NCBI GenBank assembly: GCA_964016885.1
Contig: OZ024742.1
Coordinates: forward strand, 264,864,001-264,928,000
Direction of reading: 5' to 3'
Source: Eledone cirrhosa
Lineage: Eukaryota
Length of the DNA: 64,000 nt
The notes beneath the pieces were generated by a model. The model saw nothing but the letters and a program-made list of their open reading frames with translations, did not search any database and was not told where the DNA came from. Shown in pieces: positions 1 to 13,715 of this stretch. Within the stretch, counting starts at the first letter, position 1, and every line of letters starts with the position of its first letter. A program made the position numbers and the translations under genes.

Positions 1-962
1 TTGGCCTGATGCCCGAGATTCTTATCTTTTGAGTTCTTTTCCTCAAATATGTGGGGAAAAAGGTGTATGCTTTGGATACAATTGGCGACACAGAATATTT
101 CCGTGCCGCCAATTCATCTTGCATTAAAACAGATATGCTTCCATACAGTTTCCCTTTCTGTATGAAAGCGATATCCTTCCACTACTTAGGACCAGCTCAA
201 TTTCGCTTTGGGACAATTGAGCCGGTTTCCTAGTCGTGTTCGAAACTGTCCTAAAGATTGCAGTCCTGAGGACTGTGTCCCTTCTAATTTCTTCGGGGGA
301 GGTAATTGTGAATTCCCCACCTTCCCCGAAATTTACACAATTCCTTGCTTCTTTCAGCAATTTCTTGGCATTCGAGATGTCCAGTGCCTTGTATATCTGC
401 GTTTCTCGGACCGCCTGTGCGAAGAAGACTGCAGCTGTGGGTCCGTTTTCTTTCGTGTTGTTAACATTGTTGTTGTTGTTGCTTTTTTCCTTTGTTGGTG
501 TTGTCATTATTGCTGTTGTTAGTTGCGTTGTTATTGTCATTGTTGCTGTTGTTGGTTGTGTTGTTATTGTCATTGTTGTTCTTGTTTGTGTAATTGTTAC
601 TTTTGAGTTTTCACCCATTTCCACAATTTTTTCTTTTGATTCCGTGGTTTCTTTTGCGGGAGTGAGGAGGGAAGGCTTACAGTGTTGTGCTGCTACATTT
701 TCTATATCACTTTCCATGGGGGGGGGGGGGACGCATGCGTCGTATTAATGGCGTCCATTGTCACTAAATGACTTTTTATCGACAACTTATAACTATTAAA
801 TTTCACCCCAAAAAGGGACGAAATTTATTTTACCCAACGTCTGCAGGCCCAGGCGAGGGGTTAAACACAACAAATAACAAATTACTTAAACAGACCTACC
901 GCTTCTCGTAATGAATTCCGACAAAATGCAGGAGCGAAACAAAAACACGTCTATCTTCTCCG
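1..962 (-). mobile_element. 5' portion (5' UTR + ORF1) of a probable Tx1/L1-like LINE, running off the window start
   Basis: ORF 124..717 (MESDIENV..., Thr/Asn-rich linker, then AAVFFAQAVRETQIYKAL...VLRTAIF) has an ORF1-like layout. Its 5' end abuts (GATA)n at ~963-982, next to the 3' end of a Tx1-like ORF2 copy in the same orientation. Confidence 0.55.
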
Positions 963-982
963 AGATAGATAGATAGATAGAT

Positions 983-3135
983 ATGTTACTTTATTAGCCA
1001 CAGGGACACAAAAGAAGGGGACAAATATAAAGGGGGAAGTTTACATACAATAAAAACGTGTAAAATACTATCACAAATGCAATTTAAAAGTTAATCGATT
1101 TTCCCCAATAGGGGAAGACATTTCATATGGGTAACACATACCCCCAAAAATATGTGCAACCCTCATCTCCAGGAGTACGAAGAGTTTGTAACCCTTTCCT
1201 CTCTTCCTCTTTTTCCTCAACCTACAGGCTGATATAGAGAGAAGGCCCATTCACTTAGGCCATTCTCGCCACTTTCACCCACCTTTCATAAAACTTGCTG
1301 AGGTACAGCACCTCTCTCTCCATCCTGATTCTTCTTCCAAAGAAGTATTTGAAAAAAGAATCAGTTGTTGGCCGGAGAGAAAGGTGTCTGACCTCAGCCC
1401 TTTTAACCTTGTCCACGATACAACCTCTTTCGCCATAGCAATCACACAAAGGAAAACCGCCTCTCCTTCGTTTTTGAAGGAGGGTGGCGGTTTGATCATG
1501 ACAATGTACTCGGTGGTCAACCGGATTGGACCCACCCGCGACAATAGTCATTCTACATAGCCCCACAGGTCGGTAAATCCCGGGCAGTGTATGAATGTCT
1601 GCGCGACGGTTTCTTCATCTCGCACACATCTCGGACAGATCTTTTTCGAAGGGTCCCTGCCCGGGCGCCCATGTCTGTAGAGCTTGTCTCGAACTGGTAG
1701 AGCTCCTTGGTAGCACTGCCAGGCCAGGGACTTTTGGAAGTTGTCCATCGTTCCCGGGCGGAAGGTCCTACCGAACACTGGCCAGTTCATTTTCCTCTAC
1801 GCCCAGAGTTTCTCCGAGCACATCGTCGCACTTGCTGCGGATCAACCCTCTATAGAATGACGAAGTGGAGTCTCCACTGATCGCCGTGTCCGCCTACCAG
1901 AGGGCTGTGAGCGCCTGAGCACATTCGATGTGCCAGTCGCCCATTTTCCTCGGTCTTTGCTTGACCTGCAGCTCTGTCAGCGAGATGAGTCGTGGGAAGG
2001 CTTGGTCAGCAAGATGAGTCGTGGGAAGGCTCGCCTCACGAATGGGGCCCACATCGGTTCTCCAGTGAGGAATACGTAGAGATGCCGCAGCCTGAGCGCG
2101 TGTTTGCGCATCGTCAGCCATGACATCCCCAGCCCTCCGTTGGAAGGGTGTTGGCAGCAGATGGAGCTTCTCACCAAAGGAATTTGAAGAGTGCGCGCTC
2201 CATTTTGGAGAGCGTTTTGGCTGAACAAGGCACGACAGTCAAGCAGTAGTAGATGACGGACGTTATAAAAGTGTTTGCCACCTCCGCACGACCTTTCAAG
2301 GATAGTTTGCACTCCGCCTACTTCTGGGTGAGTGCAAACACCTTGACCGTCACCTCGTTCCAGTTCTTCTCCACCTGGAGGTCCGGACCAGACCAGACCC
2401 CAAGCAGCTTCACCGGTGCTTCCGTCCAGCATCCGACAACGCCATTGGAAGGCATCGGTTTGCCTCTCCATGATCCGAGTTGCAAATCGATGGACTTGTC
2501 CCGGTTCAGCTTCGCTCCTGTGAACCTTTCGTATTCCTTCAGTAAGGTGCCGACTTCCTCGATTTGCGAGGTGCTCGACACCATTACTGTCACGTCGTCG
2601 GCATAGGCCGACGCCGCTTTCTGCAGTCCCGGTTCTAGAGGGATGCCCTGCAATAGCTCCAACTTCCGCAGTAGTGGCTCGAGAGTCAGTACGTACAGAA
2701 GAGAGGAGAGAGGGCATCCCTGTCGGATGGATCGCGTGTTATGGAACGGCTCCGGGAGGTAGCCGTTCACCTTGACCCTTGAGCAGATGTTGCTGTTGTG
2801 CATTGCAGCAATTCAGCCCCTGAACACGGGTCCGAAGCCTGCCACCTCGAGCACCGCATCCAGGTAACGATGGTCAACCCTATCGAAAGCCTTAGACTGA
2901 TCCAAGTTGATCAGGGCCACACCGAAGCTGGGTTTACACCTTACCCTCTCTACGATGTATCACATGAGGTGGAGGTTGTTGTGTATGGACCTGGTCGGTA
3001 TTGCGCATGTCTGCACTTCTCTCCACCAGGTTTTCGACGACAAGCGCCAGCCTCTTTGCCAACACCTTGGCCAAAATCTGTAACTCTGTGTTTAGCAGAG
3101 TTGTGGGCCGGAAGTTTCCTATGTCATCCCCCTTA
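983..3135 (-). mobile_element. 5'-truncated, frameshifted Tx1/L1-clade LINE ORF2 (RT + C-terminal zinc-binding region) and 3' UTR
   Basis: RT motifs RPTTLLNTELQILAKVLAKRL, LDQSKAFDRVDH, SIRQGCPLSSLLYVL, AYADDVTV; zinc-binding-like CPRC...ETVAQTFIHC; AATAAA on the minus strand at ~990-995; (GATA)n on both flanks. Confidence 0.85.
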
Positions 3136-3677
3136 TAGATAGATAGATAGACAGCCAAACAGGTAGGCAGGCATACAGACACATAGATAAATAGGAAGAT
3201 AAATGGTCAAAACAAATGTTAAGATGGATTAAGAAGTTTTTCACATTATATATTTATGGTTAGCAGAGATTGTGGTGATGCTTGAACAGAAGCAAGTAGA
3301 TGTGTGCGGTGTTCAGGAAGTATGATTTTTGTTCCTTGCTCCAGACTCCTATTGAGCAAGGAGAAAATGTAGGAATCCAAAATGAAGAAAATAACTCTAA
3401 CCATAAATAATAGCTTAGAAAATCAAGTAAATTACCTCTAAGAACAAAGTTGTCCAGCAGCTGCTATGAAGAATGAAACTTCATATCTCTCAACTTCCAG
3501 TTGAATCATCTAACCATTGAGCTAAACTACCCCTGACTTCTATTATTTATATAAATTTACTGTGATTACAGTTATTTTCTGCATTTAGGATTCCTACATT
3601 TTCTAAAAAGTTCAAAACTAGTCAACAATCTGATAGTTTACACACACACACACACTTATATATATGTGTGTATTCAT

Positions 3678-6445
3678 ACGGGAACTGATTTTGGCTTGGT
3701 TTCTACAGCTGGATGCCCTTCCTAACACTAACCTCATTTACAGTGAGTGGTGGGTGTTCTTTTTTCGTGGCACCTACACGACCACTTTGCAGTGGGAGGG
3801 GGTGGGGGCATATTGTCAATATGCTTCAGCTTTGGCTTGTACCTGTGGGAAGTCGGGTCTTCTGTATTACTGTGTGACGTCAGAGGTCAGGGTCTTGCAT
3901 CATCTCCTTTGAGAGGTGTAATTGGGTAAGGTCGGCTTTTATCACCTCATCCCAGGTCTGCTTGGGGTGGGGGGGGGGGTCACCATTCCAGCGCTTCCAT
4001 TGACTTCTAGTGCTCTGCACCTTTTTATGCAGCTGTCATACTTCATACACATCACATGTCCATACCAACGCAACCTCCTCTCCTGCACACAGCATTTTAT
4101 TCCTCTTATGCTCAGTCTCTCTCTCAATTCGTTTATGCTTTGCCGTTCATGTATATTACTATTACACATCCATCGGAGCATGCAAGCTTCATTTCTTTCT
4201 AATCTACGTAAGTCTTCCACAGACAGCGCCCAGGTCTCACTACCATGTAACATTACTGTTCGTATGCACGCATCATACAGTCTGCCTTTTATTTTGAGGG
4301 AAAAGCCTTTTGCAGCTAGCAGTGGCAGTAGCTCCCTGAACTTCTTCCATCCCATTATAACCCTGGCTAATGTAATTTCCGAACACCCACCTCCACTGCT
4401 AATTCGATCTCCTAGGTAACAAAAGCTGTCTACAGTTTCTACAGAGCCCTCCCAGAGTTTGGTGGTGCTTGTTTCCTGCAGCCATTTTCTGCTTGCTGTC
4501 CCGATGCAGCGGCTTCATGTAAAGCCTATATTCTTGGCTAAGCTTCCTGAGACCCCACTACATCTCTTGTGTACCCATTGTTTGCATTTGGGGCAGAGGA
4601 TGGAGTTCCTACCTACACCTTTCCTACATACTGAGCAAGGCCATTTCCCTGAGGGGATCTGGACTCTGTTTTCTCGTCTACTTACAAGGACCTTAATCTT
4701 TGTCAGGTTGACATTGAGACCCTTTCTTTCTAGCCCCTGCTTCCATGTTTGGAATTTCTTCTCTAGTTCCACCATAGATTCAGCTATAAGTGTGAGATCC
4801 TCCACATACAGGAGTTCCCATGGGTATCCGGTTTTAAACTCCTCTGTTATTGCCTGCAATACTACAATTGTTTCTATATTTGGCACAAGGCCAGCAATTA
4901 TCCCAGTGTATTACTGGTGCTTTATTTTATCCCCGTAAAGATGAAAGGCAAAGTTAACCTCGGCGGGATTTGAACTCAGACAATAAAGGGACGTAACTCT
5001 TTGCTGCAAAGCATGGCGTCCGACCCTCTACCAATACTGCAATCCACTGCCTGCAATACTATAATGAACACGAGAAGGGCTAAGAACAGAGGCCTGGTGG
5101 ACACCGACCTGTCTGCTAAATTCCTCGCTATAGTCATTGTTAATCCTAGCTTTGCTGACTGCTCCCCTATACATGGCTTGTACTGCTTTCACAAACCATT
5201 CATCTACTCCTAGTTTTCTAAGAGCCCACCAGATGATAGCACGAGGCACTCTGTCGAAGGCTTTTTCCAGATCAACAAATGCCAGGTAGAGCGGCTTACT
5301 TTTAGCTAGGTACTTTTCCTGTAACTGCCTCACAAGGAAGAGGGCATCAGTGGTGCCTTTTCCTGGCACAAACCCAAATTACATCTCACCTAGTTTTACC
5401 CAGTCCCTAATTAACTGTGCTATAATTCTTTCTGTTACTTTTATGACCTGGTCCATCAGCTTTATACCTCTATAGTTTCCTCTATCTAGTACATCACCTT
5501 TACCCTTGTAACAGTTGACAATGATGCTGTTGCACCAATCCTTTGGTATGACACCCTCTAGTATTACCTGGTTAACAATACATGTGGTTATAGTGTGACC
5601 TACCGACCCAGATGCTTGCAGCATCTCGGCAGCTATACCTGATGTACCGCTTGCCTTCCCAGTCTTCATATATTTAATTGCCTTACTTACTACGCTGCTG
5701 CCGACTTGTACTGCTGGCCCCTATAGAGGGACCAGCAGTACAAGTTAGCAGTAGCGTTGGGGTAGGGTCTCTTTCACCCATGTTTCTCCTCATTCAGTAA
5801 TCTTTCATAATGGCTCTTCCACACATCTTTCTTGTCAGCACTTGTGAGGGCAAGCTCACCTTTATCATTCTGGACACACTTCTCTCCAATGACATCACAA
5901 TTTTCTCTAACACACTGCATCGCAATCCTGAACACCTCCTGTTTCTAGTCCTCACACTGCAAAACATGCTTGAATTTTCTATCCTCCACTTCCCTTCTAG
6001 CTAAGTATACTTGTCGTCTAGCTTACCTCCTGGTCTGTCTCTATGTAATGTACCCTACTTCCCCCATTCTTCCATTCTTTCCATGCCTGTCTCTTAGCCT
6101 TAATTACCTCATCTACCTTATTGTTCCACCACTAAGTCACTCTCCTCCTGTGGTCTTGCTCCAACCACAGATCTTGTCCATCACCTTTAGTAAGTTATTT
6201 TTAGGAACTCCCAGCGTTTTTCTACATTGAATGTCTCTGTCTGTTCTTTACTGTCATAGGTATCGAGTAAGATATCTTTAAACCTGTTACTGGCTGAGGG
6301 GTCTTTCAGCTTCCGGATCTTTCTTCTCCAGGTTACCTTCTGTTTCCAAGTTTGTCTAGTTCTGACAATGAGGTTGCTGACAACTAAGTTATGTTGGGAG
6401 GTACATTCCTCACTAGGGAAGGCTTTTGTGTTTACAACCCTCCGT
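3678..6445 (-). mobile_element. Degenerate RTE-clade LINE (PHD-containing family) with a nested SINE
   Basis: Fragments with FVDLEKAFDRVP, LLYVEDLTL, CSVC...CPKC...H..C and RLRWYGHVM. Closely similar to the copy at 34630-38022. Confidence 0.9.
4865..5051 (-). mobile_element. tRNA-derived SINE family A inserted in the RTE RT
   Basis: Matches the family A copy at 59801. Flanked by the direct repeat TGCCTGCAATACTA (4851-4864, 5048-5061). Confidence 0.9.
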
Positions 6446-7008
6446 CTAACTCGTTTATAGGTGATCAGATGGTTGTTTGTGATAAAGCCTATATAAATGT
6501 ATGTGTTTTTGTGCATCTGTTCATTCAACCAGGTGAGAGAGAGAGGGGAGAGAGAGAGAGAGAGAGAGATCTTAGAGACACCACAAACTGCTAAAACTAT
6601 TTAATATTAATTTAATATTATTAGAAAATTAAAAAATACTTGATTTAAAAAAATATTCATTTAGATTGATTCAAACAAATTTTATAAATCATTTTATTAA
6701 TCTTTTTACTTATTTCATACTTTTATTTTTGTGATATTATGGTGAAGTATGGAAAGTTGCTGTTGGTGCCATGGTTTTTGTTGTTGGTGGTGACATTGAT
6801 GGGGTGGTGGTCTTGATGATGTAGCAGTTGAATTATAATAAGCATGGTAGTTGGTATATATATTGGGATCCCCAATCTGATCAACTATTTACTCATTTAT
6901 GTTATTGTTGGTCTCGTTTGTAGTGTCAGTGATTATTATGATGATAGTTATTACAGTTGTGCATTTACTTTATTATCATGAGTATCTAGCTAATTATCTA
7001 GCTATGCA

Positions 7009-7066
<58 letters not shown>

Positions 7067-8099
7067 TCAGTATCTGTATGTTTAACAGTATAATTAACTT
7101 AAAACAATAGTTTCACATAAGTATCTTATTGAATACTAATGATTGTCCACCTTATAACCACTTGTAGCTAGAATACACCTTGAATTTGTGGATTCCATAA
7201 CAAAGTTACCTACATGCACATATACACTGCTTCTCAAAAGCTGAATATACCTTAAAAGAGGTTTTTGTCTTGAAATTGTCAGCGTAGTTACAATTGGTTT
7301 CAGGTTTGATCACTCTTTATATATGGCATTTAAACTCTACTTCTATATATACACACCATACAGAGTCTCCCTTAGGCATTTTTACTTCCCCCCTCTGTTG
7401 ACATACATAATCAGTGCATAATTTCTTTCCCCCTTTCCTACCAGTATATATGACAATGCTAGTCTAACATGTTTCCCCAAGGAGATTTAATAAAATCAAA
7501 ACATGCTGTATTGTCTAAGAATACAGTGGATGAGTGTACACTGAAAATATAGTAACAAGAATAAGAATGGAGTGGAAGATTTTCAAGGATACTACTATCT
7601 TTACTGTCAACAAAGGGATTCTCTCTGTAAGTGAAGTGTAGATTATATAATGCCTGCATAGATAATGTAATATACATTAATAATAAATGCAAAGGATATG
7701 TGAAGGTTAGAAAAAAATGAGGTTAACATGCTCTACTAAATATGTATTGTAATGTTAGTGTGCATAAACAATGAAGCATAGATGAATTGAAGAAAAATAT
7801 AGGCCTAAGGGAAATCAAATGTAGTGTACAAGAGAAAAGATTGCACTGGTACAGATATGTGATTTGTATTGGGTGAAGTGCCAAGAGTTCCAAGTGGAAG
7901 GAAGATACACTGAACACTGAACCTAACAGAGGAGATGATGATGGAATGTGACAAAATGATGTTATGATAAATAAAAAATGATTTTATATAAGCATGGCAC
8001 AGGATAATGTAGAAAAGTGCAAAAAACTGGAGCCATGACACAGCCATGTTTTGAATGAATTGAAACATTGAAAAGAGTCTGAAAGTTGACAATCTGATA

Positions 8100-9380
8100 A
8101 AACAAATGCTCTCTTTTTTGCATGAAAGGAAATGATGACATTTATCATTTTATCAGGTATGCCATTTTTTTCGGAAACTGTCCAGAGAGCATTTCTGTTG
8201 ACACTGTCATAGATCTATAAACACTATATTCAGTTCATGATTTTTCTCATGAACTTTCTCAGCAACCTGATGATGTGAAAATATCATGTCATTGTTACTA
8301 CAGCCTGATCTAAAACACATTATGACTCTAGATAGATGAAATAGATAACATGCTTGATTAGCCTGTTAATAATTACTCTTGCCAGGATTTTGCCTGCAAC
8401 ACACAGAAGAGATACTGTATGAGTTATTGAAAACAACTTTTATACCCTTGTTTTTAAAAAGAAGCTTAATGGAGGCATCCTTGTCGTCTTGTGGTACATG
8501 TTCTTGTGGTAAATGATTTCAAAGTGCTCAAAAAATCTTTGCACCATGCTTATAGCAACCTAAATTCAGGTAATCAATTTCAATTTCTTATCAGTGGGCA
8601 GCCTTTTCAACCACCAGCACATTAAAGCAAAACATTTATCTTAATGGCAATTATACATGATCTTTTGTTTGCTGATGACGTGGCACTTATTGCATCATCT
8701 AATAAAGAAGCACAGAAGCTTGGCAAACAATTTTCTAATGCAAGTAAAGTCCTTGGTCTTACCATCACCATTAAAAAGACTGAAGTTGTCCACCAGTCAA
8801 AACTTACTCCCAGTTTATCAGCTCCTTAACACTCTCATTCTCATCAAAAGCTAACATTTGAAATATTTAGAGTCTCTTGATGATGAAATAGTCAGCAGTA
8901 TATCCAAAGCTACAAATGCTTTTGGCAAACTTCATTATCATCTGTAAGATAAACAGAGAATCTCACTGGAAACAAAACTTAATGTCTACCAAGTTGTAAT
9001 TTTTTCCAATCTTGAATACCCTATCAATCAGACATTAACCAGCTTGAAGTCTTTCCTAATTGATGTATTTGGACTATTTGTGGATACAGCTCAAATGACA
9101 TAATTTCAAATATTGCCCTATTCTCTAAATGTAAATTTGAAAGTATTGAATCCATTTTTTCTATCCTAATTAAGATAGATTGGTAACAAAAGAATTCAAA
9201 AATTTCTCATGTATAGCCAGGTCCATGATGGAAGGAGAAATATAGGAAAACCAAAAGACATGCTCAAAGCAAACCTGAAAGTGGTAAAGATTCTTCCAGA
9301 AACATTTCAAAAGACTTCACTAAATTGCAATGAATAGAAGTTAATTGGCTACAAAAGCATCAAAAATATGAAATCATCTT
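8100..9380. mobile_element. Old RTE/BovB-like LINE relic with an inverted 5' segment
   Basis: Minus strand ~8360-8420 reads ISLLCVAGKILARVIINRL. Plus strand from 8644 reads IHDLLFADDVAL...GLTITIKKTEVV. Confidence 0.7.
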
Positions 9381-9781
9381 GCGTGCAATGGTGAAAATAC
9401 AATTTAATATGCCAAACACTTGGTTGAATTTAAGTTTCATAGGAGACATAAATATCAATATATGAAAAGAAAACCTAACTATCAGACCCCCATACGTTGA
9501 AATCAACAGAAGAATCCATTATATGTTTGTGTGTGTGTCTCTATGTGTATAATAAAAGTTTATACACACACATTATATATTAGAAAGTCTAACAAATTTG
9601 ATGTAGATATAACTACAATTGTTTAGATTATAATCCTTGCATTGAAAATGAACAAGTGTAAACACACTTTAGTTATTTATTCTCCTCATTCACACGTATC
9701 ACAGCTTTTTAGTTGTTAATCAGAATACAACTCTTACACTTCTGCCTACAATGAGAAATTTTAGCATTAATTATTTATCAA

Positions 9782-9958
9782 TGGCAGTATTGGTAAAGAG
9801 TCAGACACCATGCTTTGCAGCATAGAGTTACGGTCCATTATCGTCTGAGTACAAATCCCGCCGAGGTTAACTTTGCCTTTCATCCTTATGGGGTCGATAA
9901 AATAAAGTACCAGTAATGCACTGGGTAATTGCTGGCCTTTGCCAAAAGTAGAAACAAT
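9782..9958 (+). mobile_element. SINE family A
   Basis: B-box-like GAGTACAAATCC and the GCCTTTCATCC...GGGTCGATAAAATAAAGTACCAG core; AATTATTTATCA duplicated on both sides. Confidence 0.85.
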
Positions 9959-10855
9959 TATTTATCATTGCCATTTTACATTTGCATTCACGTATATTGT
10001 TGTTTTTCTTTTCAGAATCAACATTAGAAAATACATAAATATATATAAAAATCAACTTTATTGAAATATTTAGTTTAATTTGTAATAACATGCACTATTT
10101 GAGAATATAATTAATCAAATAGTAAATATTTAAGTATAATAGTAGAAGAATTTCTTTGCTGTGCAGGTTTTTGTCTTGCATCTTGACTTGCAACTGTTCA
10201 AAAGGAATTTTAATCCCATTGATCTCATCATTCTCAGTAGGCCAACAGAGGCAATGTGCAAAGCTTGTCCTCCAGCCCAATCCAAGAAAAATAAGAATTT
10301 CAACCATTGTTCATTACTCAATGTGTCTTTTCTTTTTTTTTAAAGGTTGTGAGGTAAAATTTCAGATTCAGAAATAAGTAGACTCCCTTATTGACTGATA
10401 AAAATAACAATTGTTGACTTTATGATGGTGTTGTTATTCGAAGGGTTTTACTCATTGTGATTGTTGCAACTGAAGTCTTTGGATTTTTTGTGATTATAAA
10501 TTTAGTTGTGGCTTTCAGTGTTTTTGTCATTATAATACTTGATATTTGTGTGATTGTAGCTGTTAGTTTCTGTTTTTGTACATTGATATTGTAGTTGTTG
10601 ATGTTGTTATTATCGGTTTTGGTGTTTCGTCATTTTAATGCTTTAAACAAGACGCATTTTTTGTCATGAAGAAAGAAGTTTTACTAATTCTTAGGCTATA
10701 TGAGACTTTCCATATGACTGAACTTAAAACTTTTATTCATAGGTTCCAATCAAGCTGTCATCATTGCATTCTGCTAATCTACTTGTTTTTCATTTCTTTC
10801 CTCTCAAATATTAAAATTTCAATTCTAAAATCTTTGTTTCTTTTTACTGTTTTAG

Positions 10856-11013
10856 GCAAAACCACAGTGAAATTGAAAAACGTCGCCGTGATAAAATGAA
10901 TTCCTATATAACAGAACTATCAGCGATGATCCCCATGTGCAATGCTATGAACAGAAAACTGGACAAACTGACTGTGTTGCGCATGGCTGTGCAACACATG
11001 AAAGCACTTCGAG
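10856..11013 (+). CDS. BMAL1: BMAL1/ARNTL/CYCLE exon: bHLH domain
   Basis: Polypyrimidine tract + AG acceptor, GT donor. Encodes [52 protein letters not shown], very close to the CYCLE/BMAL1 bHLH. Confidence 0.96.
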
Positions 11014-11126
11014 GTGAATTTTACATATTTTTTATTGTGGAGATTGGAAAAAATAGATATACATATTCCTATCACCGTTCTCACATAAGTTAATTTGGAT
11101 CTGGAGTTCTTTTAGAATAATGTAAT

Positions 11127-11335
11127 AATTGTTTCTAGCATAGGTACAAGGCCAGCAATTCTTTTCATGGGGTTGGGGAGCTGATTAAATTGACCCAGTA
11201 CTTTGTTTTATTAATCCCAGAAGGATGACAGGCAAAGTCAACCTCTGCAGGATTGGAACTCAGAACATAAAGGGATGTAACTAAATGCTCTAAATATTTT
11301 CTTCATTGCTTTAACTCTGCCAATCTACCATCTTA
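11127..11335 (-). mobile_element. Diverged SINE related to family A
   Basis: GGATGACAGGCAAAGTCAACCTC...GGAACTCAGAAC is the reverse complement of the family core and B box. Confidence 0.7.
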
Positions 11336-11779
11336 AAATATTATAATAATAGCATATGTAAAAGAGAATAGAGTTCCTTATGAAAGCAGTAAGCTTCCTT
11401 TAATCCAAAGGAGAGTAGACATGCTTATAGTTTCTAATTTTGTAAAACACTACATTATAAATGATGTTATCTACATTAATCAGCAACTGAAAATCAAACT
11501 GCTCAGAACATAATATTATATGGAACAGCAAAGATTATTCCTTCAATACTATGGAAAGTTGTTGTGAAGCTAAATAGCCTTGCTCAATATAGAGCTAGCT
11601 GATTGAAATATATTTTTGTTCAATCAGTGTTCAAGCTATGGTTCTACACATGAAACAGGACTTAAAACATGTGGCCTCTATTCTAAAAATAACAGATATT
11701 GAACATATAAAACAAACATGTAGATAAAAGTGTGTGTATTTGTTTTAGTGGGCAAATAGGACATTAAATATTAAAAATA

Positions 11780-12230
11780 ATGACAACACAATTGTTAAGC
11801 ATGATTTGGAAACTGCTGGCTTTCCATCACTGCTTCAACTGGTGGGTTTAGACCAAGGGGTGAGCAAAAGGCCAGATGGCATCACAGTCTTCCCATTTCA
11901 TCATAGTAAGAACCTTATCTGGGTGCAATATGCAGTAATACTTTCTACAGCAGCAAACATGTGAATTTAGCAACAGACCCAGGTTTCATTCCCTGTCAAT
12001 TTCATTAGCCACTTTCCAATAGGTATATCATTGAACCTATAGCAATAGAAACTTCTGGAATTCTGGTTCACAACCCCACCACTTCCCTAGTTACTGCTAC
12101 TGTGACAGAGTTGGCTACTCATAAGAATGAGCCCTGCAATTTTGAATGTTTTTTTCAGCATATTTCCATTGCTATCTTCTATGGTAGTGCATTTTCAATT
12201 CTGTCTGCCATGAGGCAACATCCACCTTAG
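11780..12230 (+). mobile_element. Degenerate CRE-like LINE 3' end (restriction-like endonuclease)
   Basis: Nucleotide similarity to 21320-21870; residual AGFPS...KRPDGITVFPF and PIAIETSG. Confidence 0.65.
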
Positions 12231-13104
12231 GTTCTGCACACCAGTGAATGAGCGAATGAAAGAATGTGATGACTTTTATTAGTTGCTTTGTGCTGTTACC
12301 ATTGGCCACTATATACATACACACATACTCATACATACAAACACATATATGTTAGAAAAGATTATAAGGTAAATAGAAAAATGGACAGAGAAAGAGGTTA
12401 TATATCAAAATCATTTTACCAAAAAAAAAAGACAATCAAATGTATAATTTCTCTATCCTGTTGAAGTTGAATGCCATTGCAACCTGCATGTGAAATGTCA
12501 CTACAGCAGTAGCTAATGATAACATATCTTCAGGTTCTAAATCTGCTGATGGCTTGTGAATAACCCCCACCCAACAGCTACACATACACACACACATAGA
12601 TGCAGCACATACACCAATACACTCACATGCATGCAGCCCCCATACCTACTCACATTCATGCATACATGACCCTACCCCACTCCATGACATACACAATAAC
12701 AGTTTTAATGGACTCACTAATTCAGAATCAGTTGACTGGAGCAATATATAATATTTTGCCAGTGGAACTGTAAATAAAGCAATTGGTTTTCTAAAGGTCT
12801 AATAGTGTTTGGTTGTATTTGTCATTAGTTATGCACTTATGCTCTGATTCATTACTCAAGTCAAGGTCTTACCTGCTTAATCACTGCTTCTGTTGCTGCT
12901 GTTGGTGTGTTGTTATTGTTATTCTCACGTGTCCTTAGGCTAGATGCCTGTGATTCAATGAGCCATGTTGAAAACGTGGAAACTTGTATTTCATGGTTTA
13001 GAGGTTGGCATTATCCAGGGCATGCAACTATAAAATTTCCTTCTCCCAGCAATTCATGCAAATATTTTTAATTAACAAGTAAAGCTAAAAACATCTAATA
13101 TTTT

Positions 13105-13715
13105 ACAGAGCAGTGGATTGACAGAATCAGTAAAACATTGGAGGAAATGATTTACAGTATTTGTTCTAGCTCTTTATCTTCTGAGTTCAAATCTTGTCAA
13201 GGTCAATGTGCCTTTCATCCTTCCAGGATCAATAGAATAATGTGTTTGTCAAGTACTGGGATCAATATAATCGACTTTCCCCTTCCCCCAAATTGCTTGC
13301 CTTGTGCCAATGTTAGAAAGAATTATTATAAAGGGTGATTAGGTGGATTAGCAGTATTGGTAGAGGGTCGGACGCCATGCTTTGACACATAGAGTTACAG
13401 CCCTTACCATTCTGAATTCAAATCCTGCCGAGGTTAACTTTGCCTTTCATCCTTACGGGGTCGATAAAATAAAGTACCAGTAACGTACTGGGTCATTGCT
13501 GGCCTTGTGCCAAAAGTAGAAACAATTATAAAGGGTGATTGGCTGGCAGAATTGGTACAGCATCATTGTGGTATTTGTTCTGGTACTTTATATTCTGAGT
13601 TCAAATCTCACCGAATTTCACTTTGACTTTCACCCTTCCAGGGTTGATAAAACAAAGTGTCAAGTGTTGGGTTTAATTTAATCAACTTTGTTCTTCTCCC
13701 AAATTAGAAATCAAT
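13105..13715 (+). mobile_element. Three SINEs in tandem; the youngest (family A, 13341-13524) has a TSD
   Basis: Three successive TTCTGA(G/A)TTCAAATC...TTTCA(T/C)CCTT units. ATTATAAAGGGTGATT occurs at 13325-13340 and 13525-13540. Confidence 0.85.

Noticed and set aside
12925-12930. CACGTG E-boxes (also ~63016 and inside RTE copies) as clock regulatory sites
   Set aside because: Isolated hexamers at roughly chance frequency, several inside TE coding sequence, with no promoter context.
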